IMG/VR virus record: IMGVR_UViG_3300036769_000405
From: an uncultured virus (IMG/VR IMGVR_UViG_3300036769_000405)
Lineage: Duplodnaviria > Heunggongvirae > Uroviricota > Caudoviricetes
Strand: one strand, 5' to 3'
Length of the DNA stretch: 64,000 bases
The notes under the pieces were generated by a model. The model searched no databases, was not told where the DNA came from, and worked only from the letters and a program-made list of their open reading frames with translations. The position numbers and the translations under genes were made by a program. Positions 57,311 to 64,000 of the stretch are shown piece by piece. Positions within the stretch are counted from its first letter, which is position 1. Every line of letters begins with the position of its first letter.

Positions 57311-58024
57311 GTGGATAAGAACATGATAATATTTTTAAGATTATCTTTTGTAATTATTTTTACTTTTATTCTTTTTGTTATTTATACTTTCATAGCAGGT
57401 AAGTACAGAGAATCTGAAAAGAATACTACAGTTACTGTTAAATTACCTGTAAGTACTATCCAGAACACTACAGTATTTTACATAAACGATGTACCTATAC
57501 ATTGTTTAATGCAAGTACAAGAATTCCTTGATATGGGTTATTCACTTTATAGCTCTAATGAGAATTTACAGAGTGATACTTATATTGATGGTTTAACTTA
57601 TTTACCTGATAATGCTTTATTGTTGAAGAAAGATGATGAATTGGATCTTCTTGTGTATATTATCAATCTTGATACTGAACAGCAGTTAGTCACAGATTGT
57701 TATGTTTACTATTATGGTTTAACACCATTAAGTTATTCATCACATGAGTTTGATCCCTATTCCCAGCACATAACTTTCTTTGATTCAGTAAAGTTTGGAG
57801 ATAGTTTAAACACAATTAATACACAATTTGGTGACTATCTTTCTAATTCTACAGAGATGACTCTAATGGAAGGACAAGCATCTACATATAATTACAGAAA
57901 AGATCCTATCAATTATTCATTGAATGTTCACAATGAGTTAGGACTGTATGAGTTTTATGTTAATGTTGAGAAACGTAGTCTTATAGATGGTGGATTTACA
58001 AAGGAGTATATTCAGATAAGATAG
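57311..58024 (+). CDS. Membrane-anchored extracellular protein
   Basis: N-terminal TM; soluble domain ending SVKFGDSLNTI...FG. Confidence 0.7.
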   Translation: MDKNMIIFLRLSFVIIFTFILFVIYTFIAGKYRESEKNTTVTVKLPVSTIQNTTVFYINDVPIHCLMQVQEFLDMGYSLYSSNENLQSDTYIDGLTYLPDNALLLKKDDELDLLVYIINLDTEQQLVTDCYVYYYGLTPLSYSSHEFDPYSQHITFFDSVKFGDSLNTINTQFGDYLSNSTEMTLMEGQASTYNYRKDPINYSLNVHNELGLYEFYVNVEKRSLIDGGFTKEYIQIR

Positions 58025-58151
58025 AATTAAGTAGTAATCAAAGTAATAAAGAAACGTCCTAAAATGACAGCACGTTTGTGTGATAAACTTGTTATTAAGG
58101 GAAGTATTCAATGCTTTGAAATACATAAAATTATAAAGGAGGTGCTACGTC

Positions 58152-58274
58152 ATGATTGAAAAGATGAATGGTAACTTAGTTGCTAGATTAGCATCAGGTG
58201 TGATTATTGCTGCAATTGCTGGTATAGTAGCTTGCATCAAAATCATCTTTAGACCTGAGTTATTTGAACAGTAA
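58152..58274 (+). CDS. 40-aa single-TM peptide (not in ORF track)
   Basis: AAAGGAGGTG SD; MIEKMNGNLVARLASGVIIAAIAGIVACIKIIFRPELFEQ. Confidence 0.7.
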   Translation: MIEKMNGNLVARLASGVIIAAIAGIVACIKIIFRPELFEQ

Positions 58275-58454
58275 CATTGTATTACTTACAGTGTTACTGT
58301 TTAAGTAACACTGTTTTATAATTTATGTAATACCAAGCTCACAGCGTGGCATCGTAAAAAGCTAAGTCTTTTACTATGTATTATACAGAACTTGATAACG
58401 TACTTTCGACTTAAATAACAAATAATATAAAATATAGTAAAGGATTTAGATAAT

Positions 58455-61271
58455 ATGAGGAAAAAGACTTTAAATGTCTTAGCGGCCTTTTTATTATTGC
58501 TTGCAATGCTTGTAGCAGCAGTACCTGTATTCGCGGCTGAAGAGGATAATACTCAGTCTGTAAATTCCAACACTTCAACTAGCGTTGAAATACAAGGTGC
58601 TTCTAGCACCTTTACTGTTAGAGTTCCGAAGAAACTCACTGGTATTGGAACATCAGGTACAGTTTCCTATGGTGTATCTGTATCCGGTGATATTGCTGGT
58701 GATAAGCAAGTATCTGTTGTTCCTGATACTTCTGTAACTCTTAAACAGGATGAGGCTGCTGACGTTATTGCAACAATTGCACAAGATAAAACAACTTGGG
58801 CTGCTAATGAATTTAAGACTTCTGCTAAAGGTTCAATCACATACAGTAATATCATTGAGGGAAGTTACACCGGTAGCTTTCATTTCACAATAGCTCTACA
58901 GGATTGGGCTGGTTCGTCAGATTCCGATAGTGAAGAAGATGATGATGAAGAAAATACTTCTGCAATACCTGTAAAGGTTGTTGATAGTGAGGGCTCTGAC
59001 TTAAATGCATCTGCATCCTACATTACTGGAGATGATGCTGATAAACTTCTTGAAGCATTAGTTGAATCAGGAGCAATTAGTTCTGCAGATGATGTGGATT
59101 TACTTGTAGACATCACAACAGATGATTTCGATGATATAACAACAGCAACATTTGATGTATCTTCTATTGCAAGTCCAGGAGATAAAGTCGCTATTTTACA
59201 TTTTAATACTGAAACAAATTCTTGGGAATTAATAGGTATTGAAACTGTTAAAGAAAACAGTACTGTGAGTGGAAACTTTTCTAGTTACTCTCCAGTAGCT
59301 TTTGTTGTAGTAAATGATGACGAAGAATTCCAAATACAGGATGTATTTAGTACTCTAGAAGCCGGTCTTTATGATGCTAACAATAATTTACTTTGTAAGT
59401 GGTCTGATGCTGGTATTAACATTGCTGTTGATTATACTTATAGTAATTATAATACGGAAACAGCAAGTGCTTACTATGTTATAACTAATAAGTACCCTAC
59501 AACAGCTAAGATTATTGTACAAGATGGTATTAATAAAATAGGTAATTATGCTTTTATGGGTTGTTCTAATGTTACACGAATCTTATTACCTGAAACCATC
59601 ACTTCTATAGGAAACTATGCATTTCGTAGTACAGGTGTCAAACAGGTTGAAATACCTTCAAGTTATAGTATTATTCCTGAATGTGCATATCAAGATTGCG
59701 TTAATCTTGTAAATGTTATTATACCTGATAATATTGTAACTATAAAAGATAATGCTTTTAAGGGTTGTACCAATATTAAGTCAGTATATTTGCCAAAGAC
59801 TACAACATCTATTTGGTGTAAAACAGCTGTAGGTAATAGTGAGAACAAAACATACGCACCATTCTATGGATGCAAAAACTTGGATAAAATTTATACTGAG
59901 TTAAGTTCAAAAAGTTCAAATTGGGGTAGTTATTACGCTTACAAAGGAACTACTGTAGATGCTTATACTGTATATAATACTACTAAGGATAGTTATCAAC
60001 TAGGTTTGTATTTCCAATCACTTAGCGGTGATGTAACATTACCTAACACTATAACAAGTATACCTGATGGTGCTTGTTATTATAATACAAGTATTACAAG
60101 TATAACTATTCCAAGTACAGTTACTTCTATAGGCAAGTATGCATTTTATATGTGTACTAATCTAAGCAATATTAATTTCCAGGGTGATTTATCAACTATA
60201 GGTGATTATGCTTTTTATCGTTGTAATTCTTTAACAAGTATTAATATACCAAGTGGTATAACATCATTAGGTAAGTACACATTCTGGAGTTGTGGTAACT
60301 TACAGTCAGTAACATTACCTGACACTTTAACTACTATAGGTGATGAGTGTTTTGAATACTGCAGAAATTTAACCAATGTAGTATTTTCCGAAAATATCAC
60401 AAGTGTTGGACCTTATGCTTTTCAGTACTGTAGTGGGCTGACTACACTTAATTTACCAGATAGCTTAACAACTATTGATTATTATGCTTTCGCTTATTGT
60501 ACTTCATTAGATACTATAAATTGGTCACATTCTCTAGATAAGATAGGTCTTTATGCATTTAAAAATTGTAAAGCTTTAACTTATGTTATATTACCTGATA
60601 GCCTAACTTATATTAATGCTGGTGCTTTTAGTAACTGTACAGGATTAAAAGCAATTTACATCCCAACAAGTGTTACTACTATAGTGGCTAAATCAGCAAC
60701 TGAATCACCATTCTATGAGGATAGTGGTAATTTAAATATTTACTGTGAAGTATCTGCTAAACAATCTGGTTGGGGATCATATTGGAACTATGTAACAGAT
60801 AGTAGTACAGCTTACATTACATATGGTATGACGAATAATGACGTTAATTATTGGTGTACAGCAACGTTATCTGGAGATATTATCATTCCTGAAGGGATTA
60901 CTTTAATACCTTCTGGAATTTTTGTAAATAATACTACGATTACTAGTGTAACTTTTTCATCAAGTATATTATACATTAGATCGAGTGCTTTTTCAGGGTG
61001 TACTAATTTATCTTCAATAACATTAAATGAAAATCTTTCAACTATAGCCGTTAAAGCATTTAATAATTGTACATCATTAAGTAATATTTGGATACCTGAA
61101 TCTGTTACAACTATAGTAGCATCTTCAGTAAGTAGTGCAACTTTTTATGGATGCTCTAAAGATTTAGTGATAAATTGTGAAGCATCTAGTAGGCCATCTG
61201 GATGGGGACCTTATTGGAATTATTATTCAGATAATGATAAGTTAACTGTTAACTATGGAGTGTCTCAATAG
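58455..61271 (+). CDS. Secreted BspA-type leucine-rich-repeat protein with N-terminal WxL/pilin-like domain
   Basis: Signal peptide VFA/A; many IGxYAFxxCxxL repeats in three blocks, each capped by WGSY/WGPY; N-domain shared with next gene. Confidence 0.88.
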   Translation: MRKKTLNVLAAFLLLLAMLVAAVPVFAAEEDNTQSVNSNTSTSVEIQGASSTFTVRVPKKLTGIGTSGTVSYGVSVSGDIAGDKQVSVVPDTSVTLKQDEAADVIATIAQDKTTWAANEFKTSAKGSITYSNIIEGSYTGSFHFTIALQDWAGSSDSDSEEDDDEENTSAIPVKVVDSEGSDLNASASYITGDDADKLLEALVESGAISSADDVDLLVDITTDDFDDITTATFDVSSIASPGDKVAILHFNTETNSWELIGIETVKENSTVSGNFSSYSPVAFVVVNDDEEFQIQDVFSTLEAGLYDANNNLLCKWSDAGINIAVDYTYSNYNTETASAYYVITNKYPTTAKIIVQDGINKIGNYAFMGCSNVTRILLPETITSIGNYAFRSTGVKQVEIPSSYSIIPECAYQDCVNLVNVIIPDNIVTIKDNAFKGCTNIKSVYLPKTTTSIWCKTAVGNSENKTYAPFYGCKNLDKIYTELSSKSSNWGSYYAYKGTTVDAYTVYNTTKDSYQLGLYFQSLSGDVTLPNTITSIPDGACYYNTSITSITIPSTVTSIGKYAFYMCTNLSNINFQGDLSTIGDYAFYRCNSLTSINIPSGITSLGKYTFWSCGNLQSVTLPDTLTTIGDECFEYCRNLTNVVFSENITSVGPYAFQYCSGLTTLNLPDSLTTIDYYAFAYCTSLDTINWSHSLDKIGLYAFKNCKALTYVILPDSLTYINAGAFSNCTGLKAIYIPTSVTTIVAKSATESPFYEDSGNLNIYCEVSAKQSGWGSYWNYVTDSSTAYITYGMTNNDVNYWCTATLSGDIIIPEGITLIPSGIFVNNTTITSVTFSSSILYIRSSAFSGCTNLSSITLNENLSTIAVKAFNNCTSLSNIWIPESVTTIVASSVSSATFYGCSKDLVINCEASSRPSGWGPYWNYYSDNDKLTVNYGVSQ

Positions 61272-61280
61272 ACACTCCAT
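61255..61280. terminator. Stem-loop spanning the stop codon
   Basis: ATGGAGTGTCT/AGACACTCCAT. Confidence 0.55.
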
Positions 61281-61320
61281 TCATTAAACTAAATTTTAAG
61301 ATAAGAGGATTTAATTTATT

Positions 61321-61842
61321 ATGAATAGAATGTTTAGTAAAGTAATTGCTGCTGGACTTTGTGTAGTACTTTGCATCACAACAGTTCCTGTGCTTGCAGC
61401 AAAAGAAAATCAGAATGTAACTGAAGCTGGTATAGCAACTTGTGAAGTTACAATTAATGCTGATGGTACTGAGCCTGATAATTCGTTTACTGTAAGTATT
61501 CCGAAAACTATTTCAGGTACTGGTACATCAGGTACATTAACCTACACTGTAAGTGTTTATGGTGATTTAACAGATACAGCTTCTGTTACAGTTCAACCAG
61601 ATACTACAGTTACACTAAAGCAGGAAAACAAGGATGATGTTACTGCTTCTATTTCACAGGACAAAACTGTTTGGACTGCAGATAATATTGATACCGATGG
61701 TTCCGGATCGATCACTTATGCCAATTTAGGTGCTGGAACTTATAAAGGTACTTTTAATTTTACTATCACACTTACTACCGGAACTATTCAGCTACAAGAA
61801 TTGGACGATACAGTGGAAGATCCTGTTGAAGATGCCACTTAA
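61321..61842 (+). CDS. Secreted single-domain WxL/pilin-like protein
   Basis: Signal peptide VLA/A; FTVSIPK...QDKTVW...GTYKGTFNFTITL, paralogous to the LRR protein N-domain. Confidence 0.7.
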   Translation: MNRMFSKVIAAGLCVVLCITTVPVLAAKENQNVTEAGIATCEVTINADGTEPDNSFTVSIPKTISGTGTSGTLTYTVSVYGDLTDTASVTVQPDTTVTLKQENKDDVTASISQDKTVWTADNIDTDGSGSITYANLGAGTYKGTFNFTITLTTGTIQLQELDDTVEDPVEDAT

Positions 61843-61855
61843 CTTTCTACTAATA

Positions 61856-61882
61856 AAGGTTACCCTGTAATAGGGTAACCTT
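61856..61882. terminator. Stem-loop terminator
   Basis: AAGGTTACCCT/AGGGTAACCTT followed by a T-rich tract. Confidence 0.7.
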
Positions 61883-61908
61883 ATATTTTATATAAAGGAG
61901 ATTATAGA

Positions 61909-62751
61909 ATGAGTGAATATTTTCAGCCTTATGTCTATGTTGTGCGTGAGATGCGTGGAAATGATAAATTTAAGGATGTAGATATCAAACAATTTAAGAA
62001 AGATGATATTGAATTCGATTACATCTCTAAGCATGACTTCAATAAATTTAAAGATCGTGATTATATGATAACTGGTAATATGTATGTAAACGATGAGTGT
62101 GACCAACGTGATAGAGTTGTTGTAGTAACTCGTGATCCAGATAAAACAAAGTCCTACCATTTTAAACATGATAAACCCCATAAGATGACTTTTCAAGATA
62201 AACTTGAAATCAGTATTAGTAAAGGTTATGTTCAAGTAAATGAGAAGACTTTTGTACGCCTTATCGATAAAAGATTAGGTGATATGTTGATTCCATGTTT
62301 GATTGCAGTTTTACTGCTTTCATTTATTATTTTAATCTGTACACAAAATCAAGAGGCAGCTAAAGATAACATCACACTATCTATTGCTGAATCCACTGAG
62401 TGGAGTAAGGAGCTTCCAGATAACAATGTAAATGAAGAGATCATAGAGTATACAGATATCCCTGGTTATGGGGATTTAACAGTATCTGAAGAAGACCCTT
62501 ATGTGAACTTAATTAACTTGCCTGGAAATACAGTATTAATGTCCTATACTATAGTTAACGATGAAACTGAAGAAGTTATTTATGAAACTGAGGGTGTTAT
62601 AGAAGCAGGTAAAATGGTACCTGTTGACTTTTATAATTTACTTGGTGAATCTGGTGTATATGATTTAACGTTTGTTATTCATACTTACGATGATACAACG
62701 CAGGCTGCTTGTAATACAGTTGATCAGAATGTGCAGGTAACAGTTAAATGA
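61909..62751 (+). CDS. Single-TM protein with extracellular beta-sandwich domain
   Basis: TM LIPCLIAVLLLSFIILIC; IPGY...LINLPGN...IYET..IEAGK...GVY. Confidence 0.7.
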   Translation: MSEYFQPYVYVVREMRGNDKFKDVDIKQFKKDDIEFDYISKHDFNKFKDRDYMITGNMYVNDECDQRDRVVVVTRDPDKTKSYHFKHDKPHKMTFQDKLEISISKGYVQVNEKTFVRLIDKRLGDMLIPCLIAVLLLSFIILICTQNQEAAKDNITLSIAESTEWSKELPDNNVNEEIIEYTDIPGYGDLTVSEEDPYVNLINLPGNTVLMSYTIVNDETEEVIYETEGVIEAGKMVPVDFYNLLGESGVYDLTFVIHTYDDTTQAACNTVDQNVQVTVK

Positions 62752-62939
62752 CAAAGACAAACAATCTAAGTTCTAGATGTTATTATGGGTGTTCTAAATG
62801 TAATAATTGTATTCATAATGTCTCTAAGTATACTGGAGGTAAAATAACTTTAGACTGTGATTTAGGTAAGTACTACGAATCTAAATTTGATAGTTTTAAA
62901 GATAAGATTAAAAGATTTTTTAATGGAGGTAAAAAGTAA
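62748..62939 (+). CDS. Small Cys-rich protein
   Basis: CYYGCSKCNNC...C; overlaps the previous stop (ATGA). Confidence 0.55.
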   Translation: MTKTNNLSSRCYYGCSKCNNCIHNVSKYTGGKITLDCDLGKYYESKFDSFKDKIKRFFNGGKK

Positions 62940-62977
62940 GTATTTATATAGTTAATATACTTTGCTTAATGAGTTAT

Positions 62978-64000
62978 ATGACAGAATGTGTTAAAACAAA
63001 AACAAGAGGGATAAGCATTAGAACAAAGATCACGTCTTTATGTATGATATTGAACTTACTTGCAATTATAGTTGTAAGTTTACAATTATATTACAGGTCT
63101 AAATCAGGATTAATAGAAGTTGGTAAAGAAGATGCAATATTTGCTGCTGAAGCTTTATCTAACATGGTAAACGCTACAGGGTTAGAAAATACAGACGCTT
63201 TGCAGGAGATGTTAACAGAGGCAGTTAGTAGTACTAAGTTGTTGCGTACATTTATCATCGATACTAATCATAAGTATCTTGTTGACACTAATTCAGCAGG
63301 AGAGGTAAATGATGATAGCAGTATAATTAACAACTGCATTACTGCAGGTGAAGCTATTTCTGAAAATGATATGACTTACTTTAATTCAACGCCTATCCTG
63401 ACTTCCTATATCCCACTGAGAGATGAGTCTGGAAGCATTGTAGCTGTGCTCGGTGTTAACTTCGATTACAGTTCCATACAGCAGAGTTTGAAAGGATTAC
63501 GTACAAGATTTTTAGGTAGTGTTCCATTCTATTTAATCTTAAGTGCTATTGTAGTTGTATTTGTTGCTACAAGAATTTCAAACAGTATTTATAATGTTAC
63601 AGGAAAGTTACATGAACTTAATAATAGTGGCGGTGATTTAACTAAGAAGCTAAATGTAACTTCTGCAGATGAATTAGAATTGCTTTCTGGAGAACTTAAT
63701 AACTTCCTTGATTATTTAAACAATATTATATCATCTATATCTCACACATCCAGTGATTTGAAAGATTCAGTTGATACTGTTGGTGATAATATTGTCGACA
63801 CTTCACATCAAATTTCAGATGTTTCAGCTACATTAGAAGAAATGAGTGCCATGGCGCAACAGACTGCAGCTTCCATTAATCAGATTCATCAGTATTCAAG
63901 AAATATGAGTACTGCTATGGATGTTGTTAATAATAACGTTGAAGAGGGATTAAAACACACAGACGAGATTAGTTGTCGTGCTAACAACTTACTTAACAAG
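62978..64000 (+). CDS. Methyl-accepting chemotaxis protein, partial (runs off the window; not in ORF track)
   Basis: SIRTKI-TM1, Cache-like SYIPLRDESGSIVAVLGV, TM2, HAMP GGDLTKKLNVTSADELELLSGELNNFL, methylation-helix SATLEEMSA. Confidence 0.85.
   Translation, partial: MTECVKTKTRGISIRTKITSLCMILNLLAIIVVSLQLYYRSKSGLIEVGKEDAIFAAEALSNMVNATGLENTDALQEMLTEAVSSTKLLRTFIIDTNHKYLVDTNSAGEVNDDSSIINNCITAGEAISENDMTYFNSTPILTSYIPLRDESGSIVAVLGVNFDYSSIQQSLKGLRTRFLGSVPFYLILSAIVVVFVATRISNSIYNVTGKLHELNNSGGDLTKKLNVTSADELELLSGELNNFLDYLNNIISSISHTSSDLKDSVDTVGDNIVDTSHQISDVSATLEEMSAMAQQTAASINQIHQYSRNMSTAMDVVNNNVEEGLKHTDEISCRANNLLNK

Noticed and set aside
886..62235. All minus-strand ORFs and short nested plus-strand ORFs in the track
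   Set aside because: They overlap longer SD-supported + strand genes and lack recognisable motifs; treated as shadow ORFs
1..64000. Stop-codon reassignment as in some large gut phages
   Set aside because: Code 11 already gives dense, full-length genes, and TAA, TAG and TGA all end genes directly before the next SD

Overview
AT-rich, densely packed window with essentially every real gene on the + strand, Firmicutes-type Shine-Dalgarno sites (AAGGAGG) and the standard genetic code. It reads as part of a very large extrachromosomal element (megaplasmid or jumbo-phage-like) of a probable Clostridia/Lachnospiraceae-type host, not a chromosome; this is inference. It carries divergent replication/repair genes: DnaG-like primase core, DnaQ-like exonuclease, DnaX-like clamp loader, possible sliding clamp, possible SSB, 5'-3' exonuclease, RNase HI, UvrD, Nfo, NERD nuclease, and an Mre11 with a Rad50 split into two genes. 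It also carries GreA, HEPN, HicB-like and DUF488 genes, two different pilus/secretion ATPases, large surface proteins, a chemotaxis receptor (cut by the window end) and many ORFans. I recognise no virion, tRNA, rRNA, CRISPR or transposase genes. The most striking feature is a unit at about 49240-51660: a promoter-like motif, a 280-nt hairpin-rich leader, a 410-aa orphan gene with distinct codon usage, then about 880 nt of GC-richer, densely base-paired non-coding sequence ending in a strong terminator. This is a candidate new large ncRNA or RNA-protein system. All family calls come from motif recognition by eye, not database searches.
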